Shown: positions 26,445 to 37,360, counted from the stretch's first letter. The stretch: 55,151 nt of DNA from Candidatus Nealsonbacteria bacterium (GCA_013202865.1 JABMRB010001404.1:1-55151); one strand, 5' to 3'. The notes: generated from the sequence alone by a model not told the origin. Numbers and translations are program-made.

Positions 26445-27425
26445 ATGTTCTCTGCCACTGTCATTGTCGTTGCCTACCACGCCGACCGTTGGATGCCTCG
26501 CTGTGTCGAGACACTTCGGGAGGCGTTTCAGGAGCATTCGCACCTTGTCCTGGTCGACAACGGAGGCACATCCAGAATGGAAGGGCTTCCGCTGACGGAA
26601 TTCGACCATCTGATCTTGCCAACCTCGGGACCGCTGGGGTTCGCGGAGGCCAACAACTTCGCGTTGCAACAGGTTGGCCTCACCCGGAAGGCCGTGTGCT
26701 TTCTGAACCAGGACACTCTCAGCACGGCCGGTTGGTTGGCTGCCTGTCTGGCCTGCCTGCGTGATCACCCCGAAGTCGGTGCCGTGTCTCCCTTGATTCG
26801 TACGTATGATGGGACTGATTGGGATCCCGCCTTTCGCGATTGTGCCAAGAAGTCGCTGGGGCTGCTTGAACGGCTGGACAACGAACAGGAGGTGCCTTCG
26901 TTTTGCGAAGTGCCAATGATTACTGCTGCGGCGATGGTGGTACGGTCTGACGTGCTGAGAGAAGTCGGTCCGTTTGACCCAATCTTCCGCAGCTATTATG
27001 AAGATTACGATCTCTGTCGGCGAATCCGGTTGGCCGGTTGGAGAGTGGGAATCTGCACGCAAGGTCGAATCGCGCACTATTCCGGATCCGCTACCTTCAG
27101 CGAGAAGGCCCAACGACGGCGTATCCGCTGGATTGTGCGCAACCGCGCGATTCACCAGATCCGGTTGGCCGACCGACATCGCTTACGAGCCATGTTGAGG
27201 TATCTCACGTGCAACTTCGCTCGCAATCTCTGTCGAAGCGTGTGGCACACACCGTCTTCGCAGCCGTTGCGAGAGTTTCTTGGCGCGCATCTGGACTTGT
27301 TGCCGCTGCTGGGCCGGCTGGTCTCTGAGAAACGCGATTTGCGTTCATGGAAGCGTTATTTGGATGAACTGAACTGGATGGCCTTGCCGTCTGGGCCATT
27401 TCGTGGCCACAACTCAAACGATTGA
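26445..27425 (+). CDS. family 2 glycosyltransferase (rhamnosyltransferase-like)
   Basis: TVIVVAYHADRW, LVDNGGTS, GFAEANN, FLNQDT, YYEDYDLCRRIRLAGWRV. Confidence 0.85.
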   Translation: MFSATVIVVAYHADRWMPRCVETLREAFQEHSHLVLVDNGGTSRMEGLPLTEFDHLILPTSGPLGFAEANNFALQQVGLTRKAVCFLNQDTLSTAGWLAACLACLRDHPEVGAVSPLIRTYDGTDWDPAFRDCAKKSLGLLERLDNEQEVPSFCEVPMITAAAMVVRSDVLREVGPFDPIFRSYYEDYDLCRRIRLAGWRVGICTQGRIAHYSGSATFSEKAQRRRIRWIVRNRAIHQIRLADRHRLRAMLRYLTCNFARNLCRSVWHTPSSQPLREFLGAHLDLLPLLGRLVSEKRDLRSWKRYLDELNWMALPSGPFRGHNSND

Positions 27426-27429
27426 CAGC

Positions 27430-28713
27430 ATGAGAATACTTCATTTGACAACGTCTCTATCGTGGACTGGAGGGATTGAAACCTACCTTCTAACTTTGCT
27501 CCCAATACTGGAGGAGAAGGGCCACCCTCAAGTCGTCGCCCATATTAACGGAGATGTTCGGCCGGTCCGTCAGGTGCATCACGTTCCTTCGCTGGGAAAG
27601 GGAGGCAGAACGGCGGAACGGCAAGGATATGACGAAATACGACGGCTCATTGCAAAGGAAAAGCCAAGTATTGCCCACGTACACAACATCTACAACATCG
27701 GTGCTATATCGGCATGTCTCCAGAACATTCCTACAGTTGTTACGACGCACAACTACCAGTATATCTGTCCCGCTACCACCCTGTACTACCAGCGCAACAA
27801 GCAAATCTGTAGACATTCGTGCGATTTGCGGTGCTTTGTGGCGGCCCTGACGAAACATTGCATGAGCCCCTATCCACAACGTGCCATTAAACAGTACCGG
27901 CGTTCTCGTTGGGCGTTAAGACATGCAAAGGAATTCGCCGGAATCATAGCACCCAGCGGAGTGGCGGCCGACTTGTATGCTCGTGCCGGATTTCCAGAAG
28001 ATCGGATCACCGTATTGCCCTACTTCTGCAGTGTCCCCCCCGCAATGGGCCCGAGCGTTGCGCCGACAACCCCCACCGTGATGTTCATGGGACGCGTGCG
28101 TTCCTACAAAGGGTACGACTATTTTATTCGTGCTCTGGGACTACTGCCCTCCCATGTCCGTGGAATCATCGTTGGAGACCTCTCTTCAAAAGCCGCGCAC
28201 GAGATAGACCGTATTGCGTCGGATGCCGGATGTGGAGACCGCCTGGAACGAAGGCCTTGGGCCGGTCGAGAATCCGTTGCAGCTGTCCTGGCGGAGGCCA
28301 CCGTGTTTGTCTTTCCGTCAATCTGGCCAGAGACCCTGGGAATCGTGGGAATCGAGGCTCTTTCCTGCGGTATACCAGTCGTGGCCTCTGACGTTGGGGG
28401 TGTGCGTGAATGGCTGCGCGACGGAAAGACGGGCATCTTGGTGCCCCCCAAAGACGAACAAGCACTGGCTGCAGCTGTTAGACGCATTCTCGAATCGGAC
28501 AAGACGCGACAGGCGATGGCACGTAACGGGCTGGCCTTGATCCGCGAAGCATTCTCACCTGAGGTCCATGTAAGGAAGCTCCTCAGCGTGTATGAAAAGG
28601 CAATCCGAGGATCGTGTTCAGGTAAGGCCGAACAAGGAACGCTTCCAAAGCCATACGCCAACCAAACTGATGGCGACGCCGCAAATGCTGATGGGAGCAA
28701 ACAACATGACTGA
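27430..28713 (+). CDS. family 4 (GT-B) glycosyltransferase
   Basis: MRILHLTTSLSWTGGIETY and ETLGIVGIEALSCGIPVVASDVGGVREWL. Confidence 0.88.
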   Translation: MRILHLTTSLSWTGGIETYLLTLLPILEEKGHPQVVAHINGDVRPVRQVHHVPSLGKGGRTAERQGYDEIRRLIAKEKPSIAHVHNIYNIGAISACLQNIPTVVTTHNYQYICPATTLYYQRNKQICRHSCDLRCFVAALTKHCMSPYPQRAIKQYRRSRWALRHAKEFAGIIAPSGVAADLYARAGFPEDRITVLPYFCSVPPAMGPSVAPTTPTVMFMGRVRSYKGYDYFIRALGLLPSHVRGIIVGDLSSKAAHEIDRIASDAGCGDRLERRPWAGRESVAAVLAEATVFVFPSIWPETLGIVGIEALSCGIPVVASDVGGVREWLRDGKTGILVPPKDEQALAAAVRRILESDKTRQAMARNGLALIREAFSPEVHVRKLLSVYEKAIRGSCSGKAEQGTLPKPYANQTDGDAANADGSKQHD

Positions 28714-29656
28714 ACTCCAGGACCACAGAAACCATCCTCTGGTGTCAATCTGCATCGCGACCCGGAATCGAAGGGATGACGTTCTCACGGCATTGGATTC
28801 CTGCTTTGCCCAAACCTATCGGCCGATCGAAGTGCTCGTATACGACGATGCCTCGACCGACGGCACGGAAGCAGCGGTGCGGAAGCGCTTTCCCGCAGCT
28901 TGCGTTTTCCGTCAGAATGAGCAGGTTGGAATTGCGGGAATACGGAAGCGAGGATTAGAGGACGCCAGAGGCGAATACGTTTTCTCGATCGACGACGACG
29001 CATACTTCACAGATCGGAGTACCCTTGGCGAGGCCGTTGAGGCGTTCGAGAAGCATCCGAGTGCTGCGATCGTTGCTCTTCGGTACGTTGAGGCGAATCG
29101 GGACATAGGACGCGACTTGGACTCTCTTCGGGGTGAGGAAGACGCCGTAGTGGAACTGGGCAGTTTCACATCTTGCGCGTATGGAATCAGACGCGAAGTT
29201 GGTATTGGGGTGGGAAACTACCGAGAGTATCTGCGATATCGTGGTGAAGAAAAGGACTTGGCAATACGCGTTCTTGATAGTGGCTTCTCAGTCATCTATC
29301 TGTCCACCCCCCCCATCGTGCATCTGTATAGTCCTAGTCGCGACTGGCACGATATGATGTGGCTGGAGATCCGAAACAATTATCTGTTTACCTTTCTGAA
29401 CTTACCAGCCTTGTTTGTTCTGCCGCGCTTGCTGATTAACTGTGTCAACTCGTGGCGTCACTACTTCTCTCTTGCGAAGCTGCCGCGTCTCCTGTTATTC
29501 TCGCTTTGCGGTCTATGCAATTGCCTCAAGTATACGGCTGAGCGTCGCCCTGTTTCAATCAAGACCTACCGGCGTTATCGGTCCCTGCCAGCTCATCCAG
29601 CCCAGAGATCAGAAGGCTTTGGAGATCTAAGCCCCGTGAGAACGAAGCCAAGCTAG
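28706..29656 (+). CDS. family 2 glycosyltransferase
   Basis: VSICIATRNRRDDVL, VLVYDDASTDGT, FSIDDDAYF. ATGACTGA overlap with the upstream gene. Confidence 0.85.
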   Translation: MTELQDHRNHPLVSICIATRNRRDDVLTALDSCFAQTYRPIEVLVYDDASTDGTEAAVRKRFPAACVFRQNEQVGIAGIRKRGLEDARGEYVFSIDDDAYFTDRSTLGEAVEAFEKHPSAAIVALRYVEANRDIGRDLDSLRGEEDAVVELGSFTSCAYGIRREVGIGVGNYREYLRYRGEEKDLAIRVLDSGFSVIYLSTPPIVHLYSPSRDWHDMMWLEIRNNYLFTFLNLPALFVLPRLLINCVNSWRHYFSLAKLPRLLLFSLCGLCNCLKYTAERRPVSIKTYRRYRSLPAHPAQRSEGFGDLSPVRTKPS

Positions 29657-30007
29657 ACAATGTTATTCACAAGTTACTTTCCAAGCTCAAGAGTCATCGC
29701 GGTCTTACGGATCTTCTGCGAAGTATCCCCGATGAGGAGGTGCCGGACCTCTTTTCCATGTGTGATTGGGTCGCGCTTCCCTAACAGCCGTAGCTTCACG
29801 TTGCAGAGTGGCATCTTGAGCGTGGCCGTCCATAATCGGCGGCCGGTGCTCGTCCCGGGGGCTCCCACCTTCGGGGAGACCGTTGGGCGATGTGAAATCG
29901 GCGTGTTAGTCGAACCGGATGACGGCGCTGCCTTGGAGCAACGTGTGCGAGAGATACAAGATCGGGGCCGCATGGATCACCAATTTGAATTCGAACAGTA
30001 TTCGTGA
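29657..30007 (+). pseudogene. relic of a GT4 glycosyltransferase (C-terminal third only, frameshifted)
   Basis: One frame reads ...LTDLLRSIPDEEVPDLFSMCDWVALP then stops at about 29781. The next frame continues NSRSFTLQSGILSVAVHNRRPVLVPGAPTFGETV..GVLVEPDDGAALEQRV. No N-terminal domain can exist because the previous gene ends at 29656. Confidence 0.65.
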
Positions 30008-30130
30008 CACTTCGGGTGGAATGAAAACGCGCGGAGGACGGTGGAGGTCTATCGGGCGCTATTGCAGTAATGCGTGCTGGGCAAGCTTGGACCTGACCAT
30101 CGACAACTCGATCCGAAGCCAGGAAAGCCA

Positions 30131-31282
30131 ATGAAAGTCGCCGTCGTAACGCCGATCCCGACTCCATACCGCGATCCGTTCTGGAACGAAGTGGCACGCC
30201 AGCCCGGGATTGAACTTCACGTCTTCTACTGTTCTGCGGGCAAGCAGGACCGACCGTGGGAAGTGTCCTGGTCGCGAGAGTACTATTCAGAGATCCTGCC
30301 AGGACGCAATCTCATGGCCTGGCGCGGTAGTTCGGCGTCGTGTTTCTGGAATCCTTGTATCGTGCAGCGTCTGGCTGCCGGGAAGTACGATGCGTTGGTA
30401 GTCAGCGGATACAACCATCTCACGATGCTGGCCGCAATGCGATACGTCGTCCAGCAGCATGTGCCCTATTTCCTGACGTGCGAGTCGCATGTGCGGGAGC
30501 CACGGCGGTTCTGGCGACGGTGGCTCAAACACGGACTTGTCCGAAAGGTGATAACACGCGCTGCGGGTGGATTCCCCACCGGCACACTTGCGCGCGACTA
30601 CCTGCTGTACTACGGGGCAGACCCAAGGAAGCTGGCGCTCATTCCGAATGTACCAGACGTCCTCGGCCTTGCGCAATCAGCAGACCGTCTACAGGCCATT
30701 CGCGGCCGACTCCGTCGAGAGCACGGTCTCGCGGATCATCGCGTTGTGTTGTTTGCTGGGCGGCTAATTCCCATGAAGAGAGCCGATGCACTGATTTGCG
30801 CCTTCCGTGATGCAGCTCCGGAAGACGATACCCGCCTTATAATCCTCGGCGACGGCCCAGAAACATCGGCGCTCAAGGAACTTGTATCTCGGTTTGACCT
30901 GCAGACGCGGGTTCAGTTTGCGGGCTTTGTGCAGCCGGTGGACATGCCACAATGGTACGCAATGGCCGATTTGTTCGTGCTACCATCGTCGGAGCCCTGG
31001 GGCGTCGTTGTACTGGAATCGCTGGCTTCCGGTGTGCCTGTAATCGTAACCGATGAGGTGGGGTGTTATCCTGACGTAATCAACGCACCTTCCGTCGGTA
31101 CCGTGGTCCCAATCCGAAATCACGAGAAGCTTGTAGACGCTATTCAACGACGCATTAAGGAACCCATTTCGCGAGAAGCGATAGTCCGAGCGTGGGCTCC
31201 CGTTCGGAGTCACTTTGAATACAGCACCCTGGCTAGGCGCATGGTTGAACTGCTTCAGGATGCCCGCAACTACACTGATTGA
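30131..31282 (+). CDS. family 4 (GT-B) glycosyltransferase
   Basis: MKVAVVTPIPTPYRDPFW and EPWGVVVLESLASGVPVIVTDEVG. AGGAAAG RBS before ATG 30131. Confidence 0.88.
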   Translation: MKVAVVTPIPTPYRDPFWNEVARQPGIELHVFYCSAGKQDRPWEVSWSREYYSEILPGRNLMAWRGSSASCFWNPCIVQRLAAGKYDALVVSGYNHLTMLAAMRYVVQQHVPYFLTCESHVREPRRFWRRWLKHGLVRKVITRAAGGFPTGTLARDYLLYYGADPRKLALIPNVPDVLGLAQSADRLQAIRGRLRREHGLADHRVVLFAGRLIPMKRADALICAFRDAAPEDDTRLIILGDGPETSALKELVSRFDLQTRVQFAGFVQPVDMPQWYAMADLFVLPSSEPWGVVVLESLASGVPVIVTDEVGCYPDVINAPSVGTVVPIRNHEKLVDAIQRRIKEPISREAIVRAWAPVRSHFEYSTLARRMVELLQDARNYTD

Positions 31283-31419
31283 TCAGTTGCGCGGGTGTGA
31301 ATTCGCACTTGCATCATATCGGCTGCCGACTCTCTGTGAGAGACTTTGTGACCAGTGTGGGGCACGCCTGGGTACGCGACTTCGCCAGCCAGCAGCCTTC
31401 TTGTCGGATCGATCGAACA

Positions 31420-32298
31420 ATGCGACTTCCCTCATTCCTAGTCATTGGTGCCATGAAAGCTGGCACGACGTCATTGTGTCAAGACCTGCAATCGAACCCC
31501 GACGTGTTTTTTCCTTCAGTCAAGGAACCACATTTCCTCTGCACCGACCAGATCCTTACCCCCTCAGCCACAAAGCAGTATGCTGCACTGTTCAGAAATG
31601 CTCAACCACACCAAATGTGCGGCGAGGGTTCTACGGGATACTCAAAGCTTCCCGATATCCGTGGCGTCCCCGATCGTGCCCTGCAAGTCATCGGATCCAA
31701 GCTGAAGCTGATCTACATTGTGCGCGAACCCGTTGCTCGGGCGATTAGCCATCATTACCACCTCTATCGTGCTGGCAACGCCATCGCTGATATCAATGAG
31801 GCGGTTCGCAGCACGAGTGCATTGATTGAGTACGGACGCTACGCCCTGCAACTACGACCCTGGCTAAAGATCTTTGGGCGCGAGAATGTGTTCATTCTTC
31901 CGTTTGAGGAATACATAACGAAGCGTCGGCAATCGACTGCGGAGGTCAGCCAGTTTCTCGGAATCACACCGCGTCCGGAACTTGTGGTCGCCGAAAAGAT
32001 TCATAATGCCGCAGAAGATCTAGGGAGGCTGTCCCCAGTGGTCATGCCGATCGTGCGCGCCATGACCCGGAGCAAGTGGTACAAGGTCCACATCCATCCA
32101 AGGATGCCTCGCTGCGTCAGCCGCTGTCTAAAGTCCGCAGTTTCCGGTGATCCTCCACCAAGGCCCGCCCCCCCTTCACTGACCACCGTGAAACACGTTA
32201 TCGACCGCGTTCGAGAAGACGAGGAAGAACTACGTTGCATCATGGGAAGAGTGCATCCCATTTGGGATCGTGAAGAGAGACTTCAGCGTTTCCTTTAG
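31420..32298 (+). CDS. sulfotransferase (classical Sulfotransfer-domain type, ST4)
   Basis: 5'-PSB FLVIGAMKAGTTSLCQDL and 3'-PB IYIVREPVARAISHY. Confidence 0.82.
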   Translation: MRLPSFLVIGAMKAGTTSLCQDLQSNPDVFFPSVKEPHFLCTDQILTPSATKQYAALFRNAQPHQMCGEGSTGYSKLPDIRGVPDRALQVIGSKLKLIYIVREPVARAISHHYHLYRAGNAIADINEAVRSTSALIEYGRYALQLRPWLKIFGRENVFILPFEEYITKRRQSTAEVSQFLGITPRPELVVAEKIHNAAEDLGRLSPVVMPIVRAMTRSKWYKVHIHPRMPRCVSRCLKSAVSGDPPPRPAPPSLTTVKHVIDRVREDEEELRCIMGRVHPIWDREERLQRFL

Positions 32299-32375
32299 AG
32301 AGCCGACAGATACTTTCCGGCATTTGCCAACCAGTTCCTACTGAGGCATTACACGAACAAAGAGGTCTGCCGTAG

Positions 32376-33767
32376 ATGAGTGATCCTTTGATTCAAACCT
32401 GTTCAACTCGAATCCGTGCGACTCAGTCAGACACTTTCCGTTCTGAAGCAAATGCCGCAGTTTCGTTGGGCTTCAGCATTTGGAGGGATGGTTACGCATG
32501 CATTCTCTTCATCTGTTTGTTGAGCTTGGCCATGATAAATCTCAGGGGCATGGGGGGCTTCGGGGAGTGGTTGTTTAGCGCTCGTTGGGGAATCCTGTGT
32601 GTTGCTGCCTTTGCAGGCACCCTTCAAGTAGCATGTGCGAGTAATCACCGCCGCGCTCTGACTGGAGAACACTATTGCTTGATTGCCATGATGATTCTGG
32701 GGATGTTGAGTTGCTCGTATTCATTCATGCCGCTGTACAGTATTCAGCGATTGGCATCATTTGCCCTTCTCTGGGTCACGCTTTTCGGAGGAGCATGGAC
32801 CTGGCTTCAATCGTATCGGAACGTGCTATTGGGCACTCATCTGGTCTTCGTGTTGATCTGCGTCGTGTCATTCTTGTCACTAGTTCACCTCGGCCAAGAG
32901 GGACTCGTAGAACGAACCATCCGTGCCAAGGGGGCGTTCGGTCGTCCGACCGGCGCCGGTGGATTCGCTGGCGTGGCAATCCCAATTGTCTTATGGAAGA
33001 TACGTTATTCGCGAGGTCTTGTTTTGTGGATTGCACTTCTCGTGTTGGCAACGCAGGGGTACGTGCTCTTGTTCTCAGGAGCGCGCGGTGCGATTATTGC
33101 AAGTGCGATCAGCTTGCCAATCATGGCTTGGAGGCTCTATCGCTCTTCGCGGGGTGTTATTGTAATACTGCTGCTCGTTACGGGAAGCGGAATTGCTGGC
33201 GGATTTCTCGGTCTAAGCAACCTGCCTGACTACGTCGTACGAAGGGACACGATTGAGGGGTTGTCTGGCAGAACTTCGCGTTACGAAGTGGCGTGGCACC
33301 TCATCAAGAAACGCCCCTTGCTGGGATGGGGCTTTGGAGTGGCACGATATGCGACTTCCATGGATCGGGAAGCACTCGCTATTCTCTCAGGAGAGGGCAC
33401 TTTCTCCGAGTCGTCCGCATACATGGAAAAACAACTTGCTAGCGGGACCCCTGTCGCTGTCGCGCTACACAGCGAGCAACTGGAAAGGCTTGTTGAAACG
33501 GGCATACTTGGAGGGTTATGCTTCATTCTCTTCTGGGGGCTCCTGACGCGAGACATCTGGCTTGCACTTGTTGGACCGCAAAACTCAGCATCGGAACTAG
33601 TCGTAGCTCTTGCAGCGTCGTGTTGGTTTCTTTTCTTAAACACCTTTTTACACGCGGAGTTGTTTGCCATCGGCATGGGAACGACAACATGTTACTGGTT
33701 CATTATTGTGTTGACGATTGCAGGCAGTCGGCACCACCAATCGATGAGTCATGGGCGCGTCGCGTGA
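32376..33767 (+). CDS. O-antigen ligase / Wzy-like polymerase family membrane protein
   Basis: Many hydrophobic segments. Has a Wzy_C-like region SGARGAIIASAISLPIMAW and RPLLGWGFG. Confidence 0.75.
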   Translation: MSDPLIQTCSTRIRATQSDTFRSEANAAVSLGFSIWRDGYACILFICLLSLAMINLRGMGGFGEWLFSARWGILCVAAFAGTLQVACASNHRRALTGEHYCLIAMMILGMLSCSYSFMPLYSIQRLASFALLWVTLFGGAWTWLQSYRNVLLGTHLVFVLICVVSFLSLVHLGQEGLVERTIRAKGAFGRPTGAGGFAGVAIPIVLWKIRYSRGLVLWIALLVLATQGYVLLFSGARGAIIASAISLPIMAWRLYRSSRGVIVILLLVTGSGIAGGFLGLSNLPDYVVRRDTIEGLSGRTSRYEVAWHLIKKRPLLGWGFGVARYATSMDREALAILSGEGTFSESSAYMEKQLASGTPVAVALHSEQLERLVETGILGGLCFILFWGLLTRDIWLALVGPQNSASELVVALAASCWFLFLNTFLHAELFAIGMGTTTCYWFIIVLTIAGSRHHQSMSHGRVA

Positions 33768-33882
33768 GAGCAGAGGTGCCCTCAAGGCGGCAATCGGCAA
33801 GGGGCGGTAGCGCAGTCTGGCCGATGACGTGGATTCCCCGCGTCAGAAAATTCGGAATCAACAATGGACCGAGAGCTAAGTC

Positions 33883-35082
33883 ATGAAAGTTCTTCATGTC
33901 ATCCACAGCGTGGATGTCCGATCTGGCGGGCCGAGTCACGTGATTCGGAAACTGGTCCGCGAACAGGTCCGCTTGGGACATCAGGTCTCGCTACTTGCCA
34001 CGTCCGTCCAGTCCGCTCAACCGTGGGAGGCACGCGAATCATTCACGCAAAGAATGCAGAGTGACTTGGCCTTTGAAGGAGTTGAGGTGTACCTTGGTGC
34101 GGCCTTTGGGCGTCGCCAACTCTGGTCGAAATACGCGTTCTCGCCAGACTGCGCGAGGTGGCTCCGTCGCCGGCTTGCGGATCCGGACCAGTCACCCAAT
34201 GTGATTCACATTCACGGCGTGTTTAGTCACTTGACAAGCACTGCGGCCGCTTGCGCCCGGAGGTATTCGATTCCCTACGTCCTCCGAATTGCCGGTACTC
34301 TTGATTCGAAGTGCCTTCGAATGGGGCATTCGCGGCTGAAGTCCGTCTTCACGCGGCTCTTCTTGCGAAAGGACTTGCAGCGCGCTGCCTGCATTCACGC
34401 GACTTCGCACTCGGAGGCAGAGGAACTTCGTCACTGGGTGTCTAAGGACAGTATCCGTGTCATTCCCCACGGTGTTGATGTCCCCGATTTCGACTATTCT
34501 GAGGCAAGAAACGAATTCTTGAATCGGTTCCCTCAACTCCGTGGAAAGCGAGTCATTCTCTTCTTGTCGCGGGTCGTCGCCAAAAAGCGGCCTGAGTTAA
34601 TTGTCCAAGCGTTGGATGAACTAAGGCCACGGCACGATGATGTTGCGCTGTTGATCGCGGGCTACGAAACCGGGCACATGGCGGTTCTGAAGGCTTCCGT
34701 TCAACGACACAACCTGCAGCAATCGGTAGTGTATGCTGGGTTCTTGCAAGGGAAACAGAAACGTGGGGCATTTGCCGCGGCGAGCATGTTTATACTGCCT
34801 TCACTTGACGAGAACTTTGGAATTGCCGTGCTTGAGGCTATGGCCCATGGCGTTCCCACTATTGTGACTCGCGGCGTCGCCTCTCACATCTATGTTGACG
34901 AGAGTGGCGGGGGGGTCACCGTCGACGGGAGTCCTGAGGCCATCGCTGAAGCGATCCGAGAAGTGCTTGATGCCGGGTCGCGCGGAATGGGGGATCGAGG
35001 GCGAGAGTACGTCAAGCAGCATCTGTCCTGGCCGGCGATCATTGAGCAGTTGGATAGCTTGTATTGCGATGTCCTGGCTTGA
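33883..35082 (+). CDS. family 4 (GT-B) glycosyltransferase
   Basis: MKVLHVIHSVDVRSGGPSHV and ENFGIAVLEAMAHGVPTIVTRGVASHIYV. Confidence 0.88.
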   Translation: MKVLHVIHSVDVRSGGPSHVIRKLVREQVRLGHQVSLLATSVQSAQPWEARESFTQRMQSDLAFEGVEVYLGAAFGRRQLWSKYAFSPDCARWLRRRLADPDQSPNVIHIHGVFSHLTSTAAACARRYSIPYVLRIAGTLDSKCLRMGHSRLKSVFTRLFLRKDLQRAACIHATSHSEAEELRHWVSKDSIRVIPHGVDVPDFDYSEARNEFLNRFPQLRGKRVILFLSRVVAKKRPELIVQALDELRPRHDDVALLIAGYETGHMAVLKASVQRHNLQQSVVYAGFLQGKQKRGAFAAASMFILPSLDENFGIAVLEAMAHGVPTIVTRGVASHIYVDESGGGVTVDGSPEAIAEAIREVLDAGSRGMGDRGREYVKQHLSWPAIIEQLDSLYCDVLA

Positions 35083-35120
35083 CACGTGGTCGACAGCTTG
35101 AACCCGTTTCGAGGTGAACT

Positions 35121-36005
35121 ATGTCGGACTGTAGTAAACTGCCGATTTCAGTTGTGATTCCAATCCTGAATGAGGAGAAGAATATCTCCGACTGCCTCGA
35201 TAGTGTCTCTTGGGCAGAAGAAGTCTTCGTTGTCGATTCCCAAAGCACCGATCGCACTTGCGAGATCGCCCAACAGTACGGGGCTAAGGTGGTTCAGTTC
35301 CAGTTCGAGCCTGGTGGCCCTCGCAAGAAGAACTGGTCCTTGGATCATCTCCCTTTTGCCAACGAGTGGGTGCTGATACTTGATGCGGATGAACGTATCA
35401 CACCGGCATTGCACGCGGAGATCGAGCGGGAATTCACAAACGGTCCCAAGCACGACGGATACTACCTCAACCGAAAATTGATCTTTCTGGGAAAATGGCT
35501 CCGCTGGGGAGGGCAGTACCCAAGTTGGAACCTGCGGTTGCTGAAGCACCACGCTGGACGTTACGAGAAGCTCGACACGGAACGCCTCGCTTTGGCGGGG
35601 GATGTGGAGGTGCATGAGCATGTGATTCTAGACGGATCTGCTGGCTGGTTTAAGGAACCAATGCTGCATCTCGATTTCAAAGACCTGTCCAGCTTTATCG
35701 ACCGCCACAATCGCTATTCGACGTGGGAAGCTCAAATGCGCCAGCGACTGCGCGACGGCGGCGACTTGGCAGGTTCAATACGCCCGAGCTTGTTTGGTGT
35801 CCCTACACAACGAAAACGCTGGCTAAAGAGGATCTGGGTTCGATTGCCGTTTCGGCCCCTGCTGTTGTTTATCTACCAGTACTTTCTGCGAGCCGGCTTC
35901 CTTGACGGCCGTGTCGGGTTCATTTATGCCCTGTTCAAGACAAAATACGAGTTTGAGACCAACTGCAAGATGTATGAGGTTCAACTCAGGCGCAAGAACG
36001 GCTAA
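35121..36005 (+). CDS. family 2 glycosyltransferase
   Basis: ISVVIPILNEEKNI, VVDSQSTDRT, LILDADERI. Confidence 0.85.
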   Translation: MSDCSKLPISVVIPILNEEKNISDCLDSVSWAEEVFVVDSQSTDRTCEIAQQYGAKVVQFQFEPGGPRKKNWSLDHLPFANEWVLILDADERITPALHAEIEREFTNGPKHDGYYLNRKLIFLGKWLRWGGQYPSWNLRLLKHHAGRYEKLDTERLALAGDVEVHEHVILDGSAGWFKEPMLHLDFKDLSSFIDRHNRYSTWEAQMRQRLRDGGDLAGSIRPSLFGVPTQRKRWLKRIWVRLPFRPLLLFIYQYFLRAGFLDGRVGFIYALFKTKYEFETNCKMYEVQLRRKNG

Positions 36006-36219
36006 GAGAATCATACGAAGAAAGGGGTAGATTAGTACACTTTTGACAAAGTGATGTCCGAATCTGCGGAGAACCCCGCCGGTTGTACGTTAGCCTAGCC
36101 GTCCAAGGCTCGCTCTGCCGCGCACCTCCGCTTTCCGGGGTCGCATCGCTTTGAGAATGTTGGATAGTGGAGCGAAGGTAGTCACTTTCCGCACGCTTCC
36201 TCCAGATCAACCTTAAACT

Positions 36220-36942
36220 ATGCATCCATCCGTAGCTTTCCATGATGAACTGGCGCCTCAGTGGGCAACGAAATATGACTCTGGTTCGTTCCAGGCACGG
36301 GCTTCGGCTATGATGACTCTGCTGGATAATCGGGACTTAGCAGGGGAAACTTGGCTCGACGCAGGGTGCGGCTCGGGCACGCTTTCTTGTCACTTGGCCC
36401 TGCGCGGCTGCGCGGTGACAGGCGTGGATGCCTCAAGCGAAATGGTCCGTTTTGCGAAAGAGTTGGTCTCGCAAGAAGGCACGGCGTTTCCCTTTGCGCC
36501 GACTTTCAAGGTTGTGCAAAGCATCGAGAAGCTGAGCTGGCCAGATTCCAGTCTAGATGGCATACTCTGTTCCAGTGTACTGGAGTATCTTGACCGACCG
36601 CAACATTGTCTTCGTGAGTTCGAGCGAGTGCTTAAGCCCGGCGGCTTGCTCCTGGTCTCTGTGCCCAATCGACGGTCATTCTACCGCCGCGCCGAGAAGT
36701 TTTGTTTCTGGACCAATGGTGGAGCGTGGCCCAAGTATCTGGGCTTCTCCAAGAATGAATACAACTGCAATGAGTTCTACAGGCTTCTCGAATCCTACGG
36801 CCTAGATTTCATCGCCAACTCTTATTACGGCGCAAGGATGCCGCGATGGTTAGGCCGGTCTCGTTTCTTTGGGGGCTTACTCCTGGTCTTGGCGACTAAG
36901 CGGGGAGCCTCGCTTACGCCACAGCTCCGAGGGAGTCCATAG
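36220..36942 (+). CDS. class I SAM-dependent methyltransferase
   Basis: WLDAGCGSGTLSCHLALRGCAVTGVDASSEMV and LKPGGLLLVSVPN. Confidence 0.85.
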   Translation: MHPSVAFHDELAPQWATKYDSGSFQARASAMMTLLDNRDLAGETWLDAGCGSGTLSCHLALRGCAVTGVDASSEMVRFAKELVSQEGTAFPFAPTFKVVQSIEKLSWPDSSLDGILCSSVLEYLDRPQHCLREFERVLKPGGLLLVSVPNRRSFYRRAEKFCFWTNGGAWPKYLGFSKNEYNCNEFYRLLESYGLDFIANSYYGARMPRWLGRSRFFGGLLLVLATKRGASLTPQLRGSP

Positions 36943-37035
36943 CAGCAGGTTGGGCATGGTCGCGTGCGCAGTCCATTGGCGCAGTGAAGAGGTCCGCTCA
37001 CCTGGATACTGGGCATCCGCTCATTAGAACGCAGC

Positions 37036-37251
37036 ATGGCATACGAAATAGCCAAGTTATTACTGGAACACGCCGGGAGTTCCCTGCAGCGCGCCGAGGC
37101 AATCGACAGGGCAATGTACCTGGGGATGCCCTTGAACGAGATCGAGGAGTACCTCGATTGGTTGGACGTGGTGAAAGGACAACAGGATCAAGGGAACTCG
37201 ATGGACGAAGGCCCCCGGCCACATCGGCGTCGGCGTCGGGAGTTCGAATAG
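37036..37251 (+). CDS. small hypothetical protein (71 aa)
   Basis: Coding-like codon usage with GC-rich third positions, a helical N-terminal half and a basic tail PHRRRRREFE. No family recognised and no clear RBS. Confidence 0.35.
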   Translation: MAYEIAKLLLEHAGSSLQRAEAIDRAMYLGMPLNEIEEYLDWLDVVKGQQDQGNSMDEGPRPHRRRRREFE

Positions 37252-37360
37252 TCTGCTGCATTCGTCGGCTGCGACTCTCCGTCGTACCCAACCAGAAAAA
37301 TCGGCGATGCTGCGAGGCGTGCGTCGACGAAAACACCTTGTTTGAATTCGGTACACCGTA

